Counted from the stretch's first letter, positions 19,541-29,321 are shown. The stretch: 64,000 bases of DNA from an uncultured Butyricicoccus sp. (GCA_910584935.1 CAJUDU010000003.1:7617-71616); one strand, 5' to 3'. Translations and numbers: made by a program. Notes: generated by a model from the letters alone, not told the origin.

Positions 19541-20817
19541 ACTCCCGCATTTATACGGTGACACAACTAAACCAGGAAATTAAGAATTTACTGGAAAGCA
19601 ATCCGCCCTTTTTTAATATTTTTGTACAGGGGGAGATTTCAAATTATCGTCCAAACCCATCTGGTCATATTTATATGACCATTAAAGATGCTGGGGCGGC
19701 AGTGAATGCAGTTATGTTCCGTTCGGATGCTGTACGATTGAAATTCCGTTTGCAAAATGGTATGAAAATTGTTGCACGTGGGCGGATTGGCTTTTTTCAA
19801 AAAAGCGGTCAGGTGCAGGTTTATCTCGCGGATATGATGCTAGATGGGGCTGGGATGCTGCATATCCAGTTTGAACAGTTAAAGGAAAAATTATATCAGC
19901 AGGGTTTGTTTGAGCAATCCCATAAACAACCATTACCGATGTTCCCGGAAAATATTGCTCTGATTACTTCTCCCAACGGGGCGGCTGTGCATGATATGCT
20001 GCGCATCCTTGCACGTCGCTGGCCATTGGCAAAGGTACAGATTGTCCCAGCATTAGTACAAGGTAAAGATGCACCAGCAGATTTGGTGCGTGCATTGCAG
20101 CTGGCAAATGCTTATCATACAGCGGATGTGATTATCATTGGCAGGGGCGGCGGTTCTTTGGAGGATTTATGGGCTTTCAATGAAGAATGTGTAGCACGTG
20201 CTATATATGCTAGCCATATTCCGGTGGTATCTGCGGTTGGTCATGAACCAGATGTGACAATTTCAGATTTTGTTGCAGATTTGCGTGCCCCAACACCTTC
20301 TGGCGCGGCAGAACTGGCTGTTCCAGATTGCAGGGAGATAAAACAGCAAATAGATGCACTGAAAGACAGATTATATGCAAGCATCAAACAGAAATGCAAA
20401 CAAAATATAGCAATGCTGAATACATTAGAGCAAAGGCTGGAATTTCATACGCCTATGCGGCTTGTCAATGCACGAAAAGAAACTGTAAAGGGGTTAACCA
20501 GCCGTTTGTTGCGAGTAATAAATACGCTGCTTCAGCAGAAAAACATTGCAAGTGATTATACTTTACAGCAAATGATTCAAACGCAAAAACAACGAATCTT
20601 GCATGAAAAATCCCGATTTTCGCAGCAAGTAGCAGCACTTGATGCTCTTAGCCCGCTGAAAGTATTAAGCAGGGGATATGCTGTTGCAGGTAGGGCGGAT
20701 GGTGAAATCATTACAAATGCATCAAGCCTTTCTGTGGGAGAAGAGATCAATATACGCTTTGCCCATGGCAGCGCAGGTTGTAGGGTGTTTACAATCAAAG
20801 AAATAGGAGGAAGTTGA
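19534..20817 (+). CDS. xseA: Exodeoxyribonuclease VII large subunit
   Basis: GEISN, SGHIY, GRGGGSLEDLWAFN, APTPS. Confidence 0.97.
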   Translation: MVNSRIYTVTQLNQEIKNLLESNPPFFNIFVQGEISNYRPNPSGHIYMTIKDAGAAVNAVMFRSDAVRLKFRLQNGMKIVARGRIGFFQKSGQVQVYLADMMLDGAGMLHIQFEQLKEKLYQQGLFEQSHKQPLPMFPENIALITSPNGAAVHDMLRILARRWPLAKVQIVPALVQGKDAPADLVRALQLANAYHTADVIIIGRGGGSLEDLWAFNEECVARAIYASHIPVVSAVGHEPDVTISDFVADLRAPTPSGAAELAVPDCREIKQQIDALKDRLYASIKQKCKQNIAMLNTLEQRLEFHTPMRLVNARKETVKGLTSRLLRVINTLLQQKNIASDYTLQQMIQTQKQRILHEKSRFSQQVAALDALSPLKVLSRGYAVAGRADGEIITNASSLSVGEEINIRFAHGSAGCRVFTIKEIGGS

Positions 20818-21069
20818 ATGGCAGGCAGGAAAAAACAAACTTTTGAACAGGCGATGAAGCGGCTGGAGGAAATTGTTCAGACATTAGAACGCGGCGACCC
20901 GCCGCTGGAAGAAAGCATGATTTTGTTTGAAGAAGGAACCAAATTATCTACTGCATTGCGTGAAATGCTAGACAATGCAGAACAGAAAGTTTCTATATTG
21001 ACACAAGATAAAGATGGTGAAACAACCGAAATGCCATTTTGGGCGGAAGGGGATACCGATGACATTTGA
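20818..21069 (+). CDS. xseB: Exodeoxyribonuclease VII small subunit
   Basis: FEQAMKRLEEIV...LE...FEEG. Confidence 0.95.
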   Translation: MAGRKKQTFEQAMKRLEEIVQTLERGDPPLEESMILFEEGTKLSTALREMLDNAEQKVSILTQDKDGETTEMPFWAEGDTDDI

Positions 21070-21952
21070 ATCACGCCTAAAAGAATATGTCCAGGGAATC
21101 GAGGACTTTTTAGCAGATTATTTTCAATCTACAAGCTGTACAGGGCAAAGTCGAATCGTTGAAGCCATGCTATATTCTATCATGGCAGGTGGCAAACGGA
21201 TTCGTCCTGTATTGGTTATGGAATTTTGCCGGCTATCCTGTGGCAATTGGGAGAAAGCGCGTCCTTTTGCAGCTGCATTGGAAATGATTCATACGTATTC
21301 TTTGATTCATGATGATTTGCCTTGTATGGATAATGATGATATGCGGCGTGGCAAGCCAACAAACCATAAAGTATATGGTGAGGCAATGGCAATTTTATCT
21401 GGAGATGCACTGCTGACACAAGCATTTGAATTGGCATCTAATCCAAAACATATAGAAGGTATCCCAGCAGAAGCCGCTCTATGTGCAATACATGATTTAG
21501 CGCGGGAATCTGGTATATTAGGGATGATTGGCGGGCAAGTGCTTGATTTGGATGCGGAAAATAAAACATTGGATTATTCCGATTTAATCCAGCTTCAGCA
21601 AATGAAAACTGGGGCGCTGATGCGTACAGCAGCCCATATGGGCTGCATAATTGGACAGGCATCGGCAAAACAGCTTGCAGCCGCGGACAGATATACATCA
21701 TCTCTTGGGCTTGCATTCCAAATCCAAGATGATATTTTAGATATTGAAGGTGATGTGCAGGAATTAGGAAAACCGATTGGCTCAGATGTGGAAAATGGGA
21801 AATCAACCTTCCCAATGTTGCTCGGTTTGCTAGCCTGTCGCGAAAAAGTCAGGCAGTTAACAGATGAAGCTATTGACAGTGTGCGCCAGGCATTTACAGA
21901 CCCATGGTTTTTGGTGGAATTGGCTGAAAGCCTGGTAAACCGGAGAAACTAA
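21059..21952 (+). CDS. ispA: Farnesyl diphosphate synthase / geranyltranstransferase
   Basis: GGKRIRP, LIHDDLPCMDNDDMRRG, FQIQDDILD. Confidence 0.95.
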   Translation: MTFESRLKEYVQGIEDFLADYFQSTSCTGQSRIVEAMLYSIMAGGKRIRPVLVMEFCRLSCGNWEKARPFAAALEMIHTYSLIHDDLPCMDNDDMRRGKPTNHKVYGEAMAILSGDALLTQAFELASNPKHIEGIPAEAALCAIHDLARESGILGMIGGQVLDLDAENKTLDYSDLIQLQQMKTGALMRTAAHMGCIIGQASAKQLAAADRYTSSLGLAFQIQDDILDIEGDVQELGKPIGSDVENGKSTFPMLLGLLACREKVRQLTDEAIDSVRQAFTDPWFLVELAESLVNRRN

Positions 21953-22095
21953 ATTTGAAATAATTCCAGTACACCATTGCAATGAAAATGCCCAATTATA
22001 TCGCCAGGAAGTCGGATTTTCAGCCTTTTTGCGTATGAAATATCAACTTTTTCAGAATATCTGTTGGGCGGAATGTGAAAAATACCTGCACCCCC

Positions 22096-22125
22096 TTGAA
22101 AATGCAGTAGCAAATCTGATATAAT
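22096..22125 (+). promoter_or_regulatory. Sigma-A promoter (extended -10) upstream of OLE RNA
   Basis: TTGAAA-18 nt-TATAAT with TG at 22117-22118. Confidence 0.7.
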
Positions 22126-22173
22126 ACAGCTTAGCTAACGTACCTCTGGAAGGTTCTCATGTACGGAAATGCT

Positions 22174-22817
22174 GGTGACGCAGTATCCTAGTCAGTGCAT
22201 ACGACCCCGAAAGCGGGCCTAAAAATCCGTTAAAGGGCACATCGATGAAGTCTCTGGTGCTTGCTTCTTACGCCCAGTCTGGGGTGGGTGCTGGGGGTTA
22301 AGGCTTCAGGGCGCTTTTCAATGGCATGAAATACCGACCCTGTTGCCGTGGAGACCCGTAGTTGTCGGACACCTATAGCATCCTTCGGGATTGATGGATG
22401 TCCAACGATGCGGGGTGAAACCTGTATTGCGGTGTGGCGGCGGTTATGCCCTATGCTGGGCTTTGCCCAGCCGCATAAAGACCAAAATGCTGTGTGCAGA
22501 GTAGCCTGCCTTGCGTGGGCATGGTGAATGGAGTACCTGCTTCCAAACGCACGGCCATGTGTTTGGAAGAATCGATCTTGAAACCATGTCTGCAAAAGAG
22601 GCTAAGGGTCGTGTTGGCTGTTGTGGAAATCACCTAGGCTGTCTTGTAAAGGGCAGGCGTGGGATTGCAGTACGGACTAAGTGGCAATTCGGTCCCGGAT
22701 ATGGTAACATACCGGCTTGGCTTTCAAATGGAAACAGCCAGAGCGGCGACGCATGGTAAGCCACGGGGAAATCCAACCGAACCTCAAGCCGTAAGATTAA
22801 CCTCGCCTGCTGTCACC
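22174..22817 (+). ncRNA. ole: OLE (ornate, large, extremophilic) RNA
   Basis: OLE-like blocks GCAGTATCCTAGTCAG, GCGGGCCTAAAAATCCG, AAAGGGCACATCGATGAAG, GTAGCCTGCCTTG, GCAAAAGAGGCTA, GGATTGCAGT.CGGACTAAGTGG; ends pair (22174-22183 with 22807-22817); canonical ispA-ole-oapA-dxs-tlyA-nadK-argR-recN context; boundaries are approximate. Confidence 0.9.
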
Positions 22818-22833
22818 TTTTTATGTACCAAGC

Positions 22834-22865
22834 AGGCTCGAAGCTGCGGTTTCGAGCCTTGTTTA
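22834..22865 (+). terminator. Terminator-like hairpin between ole and oapA
   Basis: AGGCTCGAAGC-tgcg-GTTTCGAGCCT followed by TGTTT. Confidence 0.55.
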
Positions 22866-22899
22866 CATATTTTACGATGAAAAAAGGAGTAAAACAGGA

Positions 22900-23472
22900 T
22901 TGGACGCAAATGACAGACGAAAAAAAAGCGTATTATCCCAAATAAACTGGAAATGGGTATGTACAATCACTGTGCTGAGTTTCCTCATTTCGGTTTCTAT
23001 GTCGTATATTTCTTCCGAAGCACTTGGCAATGTTGGGAATATCCTTGCTTTCGTGATCTTATTTATCTTTATTGCCATTGGCATTTTGTTTGATATCATC
23101 GGTATGGCAGCGACTTCGGCAACTGAAAAGGAATTTCATTCAATGGCATCCAGAAAGGTTTCCGGCGCAAAAGAAGCGGTGTGGCTTTCCCGGAACGCAA
23201 GCAAGGTTTCCAGTTTGTGCAATGATGTGGTTGGCGATATTTCAGGCATTATCTCTGGCGCAACAGGCGCGCTGATTGTCGCCCGGCTGACAAGCGGCAT
23301 GGATATCCTGCCAGCTTTGCTGACTTCGTTGACGATTACAGGTTTAATTGCCGCGCTGACAATCGGCGGGAAAGCCATCGGCAAAGGTTTTGGCATTGGG
23401 TATAGTGTGAAAATCGTCTTTGCTGTGGGCAAAATCCTTTCAATTCTGCCAATCCGCTTTGATAAAAAGTGA
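22900..23472 (+). CDS. oapA: OLE-associated membrane protein A
   Basis: About 4 TM segments; GILFDIIG, FHSMASRKV.GAKEA, CNDVVGDISG, TIGGKA; immediately 3' of ole; TTG start after AAGGAG. Confidence 0.88.
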   Translation: MDANDRRKKSVLSQINWKWVCTITVLSFLISVSMSYISSEALGNVGNILAFVILFIFIAIGILFDIIGMAATSATEKEFHSMASRKVSGAKEAVWLSRNASKVSSLCNDVVGDISGIISGATGALIVARLTSGMDILPALLTSLTITGLIAALTIGGKAIGKGFGIGYSVKIVFAVGKILSILPIRFDKK

Positions 23473-23496
23473 ACCGCATTTGGGCAAGGAGAATGT

Positions 23497-25377
23497 ATGA
23501 AACGGTATGGTATTCTGGATCGGGTAGAACTAAGTGACTTGCAGCAGCTTTCTTATGTGTCGCTGGAGGAACTTTGTGCCTCTTTACGCGAGTTCATTAT
23601 TGACCACGTTTCTGAAACAGGCGGGCATTTATCCTCAAACCTTGGTATTGTAGAATTAGCTGTCGCATTGGAACGTGAATTTCATTCGCAGAAAGACCGC
23701 ATTATTTATGATGTTGGACACCAATGCTATGTACATAAAATCCTAACTGGGCGCCGCAAAGGCTTCCGGTATTTGCGCCAGCTTGGCGGCATATCTGGTT
23801 TTCTGCGCCCGCAGGAGTCCGAAACCGATCCTTGTATCAGTGGGCACGCTTCTAATTCGGTTTCGGTTGCCCTTGGCATGGCACATGCACGTACCATACG
23901 TGGGCAGAAATATCATGTCGTTGCAGTGATTGGCGATGGCGCATTAACTGGCGGCATGGCATATGAAGCGCTGAACAGTGCTGGGGATAGCGGCGAACCG
24001 TTAATTGTCGTTTTGAATGATAATAATATGTCAATTGACCAAAATGTTGGCGCACTCAGCAGACATTTGGCGCGGTTGCGCATTAGCCCACGATATATGC
24101 GCCTGAAAACACGAGTAAAAAAGGTTTTCAGCGCTATACCAGGCGGAAAAAATATTGTACGTACCATTTCCTGTATCAATAGCGCGGTAAAATCTGTGCT
24201 GCTTCCAAGTTCTTTGTTTGAAGAAATGGGTTTTGCTTATCTCGGTCCAGTGGATGGGCATGACATAAAAGCAGTCTGTGAACTTTTGCAGCTTGCTAAA
24301 CGGATGAAAAAACCAGTTTTGGTTCATGTGATGACCCGTAAAGGAAAAGGTTGTGCCTATGCGGAAGCACATCCGGATGCTTATCATGGAGTATCTCGGT
24401 TTGACCCAGTCACTGGTGCGGCTTATGGCAAAAGCGAAGATAGTTTTTCTTCTGTTTTTGGGGAAATATTGTGTGAAATGGCAGCGCAGGATGGGCGTAT
24501 TTGTGCCGTAACTGCTGCAATGCCGTCAAGTACAGGGCTTTCTAGATTTGCACAGCAGTTTCCCAAGCGTTTTTTTGATGTTGGCATAGCAGAAGAACAC
24601 GCGGTAGCAATGGCTGCTGGAATGGCAAAACAAGGGCTAAAACCGGTATGTGCAATCTATTCGACCTTCTTACAGCGTAGTTATGACCAGCTTATTCATG
24701 ATGTTGCAATTGACGGTAGTATCAATGCAGTTTTTGCCATCGACCGTGCTGGCATTGTTGGTCCGGATGGTGCAACCCATAATGGCGTTTTTGATATTGC
24801 TTATTTGCGTTCTATCCCTGGCATGAAAATTTTATGCCCCTCTAATTTTGCAGAACTAAAGTCTATGTTGACAAGAGCGTTTTATCATGAGCCAGGCGCA
24901 GTTGCAATCCGTTATCCACGTGGTGGGCAAGGAGATTTTCAGGAAGATACAACAGGACAGTGGGCTGTGTGCGTTCGGAAAAGTACAGGGCGCCCAAAAG
25001 TGACCATCATTTCTTATGGCATAATGATAAATGAAGCGCTTTTAGCTGCGGATTTGCTGGCTGGGCAAGGTGTCAATACACAAGTTTGGAAAGTCAATGA
25101 AATTAGCGAAACACATCGTCAGCTAAGTTATGAGATGATTGGAAGCTTTGGAAAGTGTGTTTATGTTTTGGAGGATGTCGTGCATAATGGATGCTTTGGG
25201 CAGGCTGTTGCGGAAGCGCTTCAGGATTTCGATATTAAAGTATATTTTTTAAATACAGGGAATCGCTTTTTGCCGCATGGCAGTGTTGCAGAGATTTATC
25301 GGTATTGTGGTATTGACGGCGGCAGTGCTGCGCAGCAGATTTATGAACAGGTTTCACATGGCACAGGAATAGGATAA
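23497..25377 (+). CDS. dxs: 1-deoxy-D-xylulose-5-phosphate synthase
   Basis: GGHLSSNLG, DVGHQ, GDGALTGG, DVGIAEEH, DRAG. Confidence 0.97.
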   Translation: MKRYGILDRVELSDLQQLSYVSLEELCASLREFIIDHVSETGGHLSSNLGIVELAVALEREFHSQKDRIIYDVGHQCYVHKILTGRRKGFRYLRQLGGISGFLRPQESETDPCISGHASNSVSVALGMAHARTIRGQKYHVVAVIGDGALTGGMAYEALNSAGDSGEPLIVVLNDNNMSIDQNVGALSRHLARLRISPRYMRLKTRVKKVFSAIPGGKNIVRTISCINSAVKSVLLPSSLFEEMGFAYLGPVDGHDIKAVCELLQLAKRMKKPVLVHVMTRKGKGCAYAEAHPDAYHGVSRFDPVTGAAYGKSEDSFSSVFGEILCEMAAQDGRICAVTAAMPSSTGLSRFAQQFPKRFFDVGIAEEHAVAMAAGMAKQGLKPVCAIYSTFLQRSYDQLIHDVAIDGSINAVFAIDRAGIVGPDGATHNGVFDIAYLRSIPGMKILCPSNFAELKSMLTRAFYHEPGAVAIRYPRGGQGDFQEDTTGQWAVCVRKSTGRPKVTIISYGIMINEALLAADLLAGQGVNTQVWKVNEISETHRQLSYEMIGSFGKCVYVLEDVVHNGCFGQAVAEALQDFDIKVYFLNTGNRFLPHGSVAEIYRYCGIDGGSAAQQIYEQVSHGTGIG

Positions 25378-25383
25378 ATAAAA

Positions 25384-26187
25384 ATGGCAAAAAAAAGATT
25401 GGATGTTTTATTATTCGAACGAGGACTTGCTCCCTCTAGGGAACGCGCAAAGACAACCATTATGGAAGGACTTGTTTATGTCAATGGTCAAAAGGCAGAT
25501 AAAGCAGGCGAAAATGTTACAGAAGATGCACAGATTGAAGTCCGTTCCACTGGCAAAGACTTTGTTTCCCGCGGCGGCAAGAAAATTGAAAAAGCACTAG
25601 GGCATTTTGGGATAAACCCGGAAGGGTTGGTTTGTATGGATATTGGTGCATCTACAGGGGGTTTTACCGATTGTTTATTGCAGCGCGGCGCAGTGAAAGT
25701 GTATGCCATTGATGTGGGTTATGGACAGCTTGCTTGGCGTTTGCGGCAGGATTCCCGTGTGATATGTATGGAACGTACCAATATCCGATATGTTACGCCA
25801 GATATGCTGATGGAAATACCAGATTTCGCTGTAATTGATGTATCATTTATTTCTTTAAAACTTGTCTTGCCGGTTGTAGCGCAACTGCTTTCTCCAAATG
25901 GGCAGGTTGCTTGCTTAATTAAACCACAATTTGAAGCAGGCAAAGGTAAAGTCGGGAAAAAAGGGGTTGTCCGCGACCCAGCAATTCACACCGAAGTATT
26001 GGAGAATTTTCTGCTTTATGCCCATGATGCGGGGTTTCATGTATTGGGGCTGACCTTTTCCCCAATTAAAGGCCCAGAGGGGAATATTGAATATTTGGGC
26101 TATATTTGCAAAACTGGGTCAGAAGGGGAATGTGATATCCCTGAGGTGGTTTTACAGTCCCATGAACAACTGGGTAAAAAGGAATAA
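25384..26187 (+). CDS. tlyA: TlyA-family rRNA methyltransferase
   Basis: S4 domain, FVSRGG.K, DIGASTGGFTD, IKPQFE. Confidence 0.95.
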   Translation: MAKKRLDVLLFERGLAPSRERAKTTIMEGLVYVNGQKADKAGENVTEDAQIEVRSTGKDFVSRGGKKIEKALGHFGINPEGLVCMDIGASTGGFTDCLLQRGAVKVYAIDVGYGQLAWRLRQDSRVICMERTNIRYVTPDMLMEIPDFAVIDVSFISLKLVLPVVAQLLSPNGQVACLIKPQFEAGKGKVGKKGVVRDPAIHTEVLENFLLYAHDAGFHVLGLTFSPIKGPEGNIEYLGYICKTGSEGECDIPEVVLQSHEQLGKKE

Positions 26188-26189
26188 CG

Positions 26190-27077
26190 ATGAAGAATGT
26201 ATTTATCAGCCCTAATATGCGAAAAAATGGTATTATCAATGCCGTTTTAGAAGCCTGCCAAATACTGCATAGTTGTAATGCGCGTATTATGATGCCAATA
26301 CAGGCACAGGCAATCGGTGTGGATGGCAGCGATATTATTTATATTGACAGCAATGATGCCATTGCTCAGGCGGATTTTGTGATTTCCCTTGGCGGGGATG
26401 GTACAATCTTGCGGGTTGCGCGGCAAGCGGCTGCGCATTGTGTGCCGCTTTTGGGCATAAATGTAGGGCATGTCGGTTTTATGACTGAACTGGAACGGGA
26501 AGAAATGGGGCTTATCCGTGAGGTCTTTGAAGGGAAATATGAGATTGACAACCGTATGATGCTGGAATTATCTATTTTACGCGGCGGGCACGCAGTATAT
26601 ACCCAAACCGCCCTCAATGATGTTACAGTGACAAAGCAAAATCCATTCCACGTCATCCGGTTGGATATCAGCGCGGATCGTGTGCCAGTGACAAGATTTC
26701 GTGGAGATGGCGTGATTATTGCAACGCCAACTGGTACAACCGCTTATTCTCTTGCGGCAGGCGGGCCAATTGTAGAGCCTTCTGCTGAAAATATTGCGGT
26801 AACACCAATTTGCCCTCATGCTTTGCAGGCAAAATCCTTTGTTTTTTCGCCCGAACGTGAAATTGCTGTAACAGCGTCCGGGCTGGATGGAAGTGCTGTT
26901 TGCGTTTCGGCCGATGGCGATAAAGGGCTGGAAGTACGTCCTGCGGATGTGGTGGTTGTGCGGCGTTCTAGATTGGATATGCGGCTAATCCGCATTAAAG
27001 GGCAGAGTTTTTATCATATTTTGCGGAAAAAATTATCTGATGGAGGCGCACTGTATGAAATTTCAACGCCAGGCTAA
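26190..27077 (+). CDS. nadK: NAD kinase
   Basis: GGDGT, LND, GDG...TPTGTTAY. Confidence 0.95.
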   Translation: MKNVFISPNMRKNGIINAVLEACQILHSCNARIMMPIQAQAIGVDGSDIIYIDSNDAIAQADFVISLGGDGTILRVARQAAAHCVPLLGINVGHVGFMTELEREEMGLIREVFEGKYEIDNRMMLELSILRGGHAVYTQTALNDVTVTKQNPFHVIRLDISADRVPVTRFRGDGVIIATPTGTTAYSLAAGGPIVEPSAENIAVTPICPHALQAKSFVFSPEREIAVTASGLDGSAVCVSADGDKGLEVRPADVVVVRRSRLDMRLIRIKGQSFYHILRKKLSDGGALYEISTPG

Positions 27078-27510
27078 AATACTGGATTTGATAGACCAGT
27101 TTGAAATTGAAACGCAAGAGGAACTTTCTGAACATTTGCGCGACCTCGGTTATACAACAACACAGGCAACCGTATCTCGCGATATCAAGGAATTGCGCTT
27201 AATTAAAATTTTATCCTCCACAACGGGGAAATACCGCTATGCTGTGGCAACATCTGAAGTGGAAAACAGTTTTACCAACCGGTTGCGCAATATTTTTAAG
27301 GAATGTGTGACCGAAATTAGCTACGCACAGAATATGGTGGTTATTAAAACACTGCCTGGGTTGGGACAAGCTGCTGCAATGGCAATTGATGCAATGCGTG
27401 ATAAACGAGTGGTCGGCACGCTTGGTGGCGATGATACCGTGTTTATTGTCATGCGGGATGAGGCGGTTGCCAGCCAATTTTGTGCGGAAGCACAAAAAAC
27501 ACTTTTATAA
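27055..27510 (+). CDS. argR: Arginine repressor
   Basis: TQEEL, TQATVSRDIKEL, GTLGGDDT. Confidence 0.96.
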   Translation: MKFQRQAKILDLIDQFEIETQEELSEHLRDLGYTTTQATVSRDIKELRLIKILSSTTGKYRYAVATSEVENSFTNRLRNIFKECVTEISYAQNMVVIKTLPGLGQAAAMAIDAMRDKRVVGTLGGDDTVFIVMRDEAVASQFCAEAQKTLL

Positions 27511-27533
27511 ATTACCCTGGGGAGGGTTTTGAA

Positions 27534-29249
27534 ATGCTTAGCCTGCTTCATATTGAAAATATTGCAGTGATTGAACGCGCTGATATTGAATTTGCCAGTG
27601 GGCTTACTGTGCTGACCGGCGAAACTGGTGCAGGTAAATCCATTATCATTGATTCTATTGGCGCCATTATGGGACAGCGCACCAGCAGGGAATTGATTCG
27701 CGCTGGCGCGAGGAAAGGCTTTGTTAGTGCGGTATTTACCGGGCTTTCTCAAGAATTAACAGCATGGCTGTGCGAAAACCAGCTGGAAGGTGAGGAAATT
27801 GATACAGTACACATCCAGCGGCAAATTTCTTCGGATGGGAAATCCCTTTGCCGGGTGAATACCAGACCAGTGCCGGTTTCGGTACTAAAACAAATAAGCC
27901 CTTTTCTGCTGAATATCCATGGGCAGCATGATGGACAGAAGCTGATGGATGATAACTGCCATATTGATTTTTTGGATTGCTTTGCAGGGTTGCAGCAAAC
28001 TTTTGATGAATATACGCCATTATATCATCAACTCCTTTCCCTCAAACGTCAAATCAATGAACTCGACCGCAGCGAACAGGAACGGCTTCAGCGGCTGGAT
28101 ATGTTAAGTTTCCATGTGGAGGAAATTGACGGAGCAAATCTCCATGTAGGAGAAGATGAAGCATTGGAAAAACGAAAAGCATTTTTTGATAATATTGGGA
28201 AGCTGGCGGCTGCGTTGGCACAGGCGCACAATGCCTTGGATGGCGATGAAGCCAACCCAGATAGCATGGGTGCCTATGATTTGCTTTGTGTGGCAGCAAA
28301 TGCACTATCTGATTTGACTGGTGTATCTGATGAATTGTGCAATATGGCAGAACGTGCTAATGAACTAAAATATTTGGCGCTGGATTTGCGGGATGCTGTG
28401 GCACAGCAACAGATGAATACGGAATTTTCCCCTGATGAACGGGCTATGGTGGAAGAACGTTTGGATATGATATACCGTTTGAAGCAAAAATATGGGTCTA
28501 CTATCAGGGGAATTCTGGAATATGCCGATCAATCACGTATAGAATTGGATTCTTTACAATCAGCAGATGAACGGCGTGAAAAATTACTTGCAGAATATAA
28601 GGCGTTGCGAACCCAGGCACGGGAAACCGCAGGGTTGATATCCGCTGCGCGGAAAACGGCTGCGCTTCAACTGGAAAAACGTATTGTTACGGAACTTTCA
28701 GAATTGGATATGTCCAAAGTACGGTTGTCTGTGCGGGTGGAAAGCGGCAGTAAATTAACCGCAAAAGGTGTAGACACGGTATCTTTCCTGATTTCCGTCA
28801 ATCCAGGGGAAACATTGCGTCCGCTTTCTAAAGTTGCTTCTGGCGGTGAGCTTTCCCGCGTGATGCTTGCTATGAAAAATGTGCTTACAGAACAGGAACC
28901 TGTTGGAACGCTTATTTTTGATGAGATTGATACAGGTGTATCTGGACGCGCTGCGCAGAAAATTGCATACAAACTGGCGGCAATTGGTCAAAAAAAACAG
29001 ACATTGTGTGTAACACATTTGCCGCAGATTGCAGCAATGGGGAATAACCATATGTTGATTACTAAATCTGTGTTAAATGGACGGGCTTTTACAGAAGTGC
29101 GTCCGATTATAAATGATGTGCGTACAGAAGAAATTGCCCGTATGATTTCTGGCGACCAGATTACAAAGGCTTCCCTTGCCAATGCGGCGGAACTGCTTTA
29201 TGATGCGAAAGTAAAAAGAACAGGTGATAACATTGGTCAGGCAAATTGA
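27534..29249 (+). CDS. recN: DNA repair protein RecN
   Basis: TGETGAGKS, IHGQH, ASGGELSR, FDEIDTG, VTHLPQ. Confidence 0.96.
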   Translation: MLSLLHIENIAVIERADIEFASGLTVLTGETGAGKSIIIDSIGAIMGQRTSRELIRAGARKGFVSAVFTGLSQELTAWLCENQLEGEEIDTVHIQRQISSDGKSLCRVNTRPVPVSVLKQISPFLLNIHGQHDGQKLMDDNCHIDFLDCFAGLQQTFDEYTPLYHQLLSLKRQINELDRSEQERLQRLDMLSFHVEEIDGANLHVGEDEALEKRKAFFDNIGKLAAALAQAHNALDGDEANPDSMGAYDLLCVAANALSDLTGVSDELCNMAERANELKYLALDLRDAVAQQQMNTEFSPDERAMVEERLDMIYRLKQKYGSTIRGILEYADQSRIELDSLQSADERREKLLAEYKALRTQARETAGLISAARKTAALQLEKRIVTELSELDMSKVRLSVRVESGSKLTAKGVDTVSFLISVNPGETLRPLSKVASGGELSRVMLAMKNVLTEQEPVGTLIFDEIDTGVSGRAAQKIAYKLAAIGQKKQTLCVTHLPQIAAMGNNHMLITKSVLNGRAFTEVRPIINDVRTEEIARMISGDQITKASLANAAELLYDAKVKRTGDNIGQAN

Positions 29250-29321
29250 AAACTTAAAGGAATGTGTCCCTTGAAAATCACATTTGGCATGTTTTTTGAA
29301 TAGATAAAAGGAGCTGTAAAA

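Noticed and set aside
22230..22880. Short ORFs on both strands in the ispA-oapA gap
   Set aside because: They overlap one another, lack convincing RBSs and recognisable motifs, and the interval is better explained by OLE RNA.
25384..26187. TlyA as a haemolysin or virulence factor
   Set aside because: Its motifs and housekeeping context fit an rRNA 2'-O-methyltransferase.
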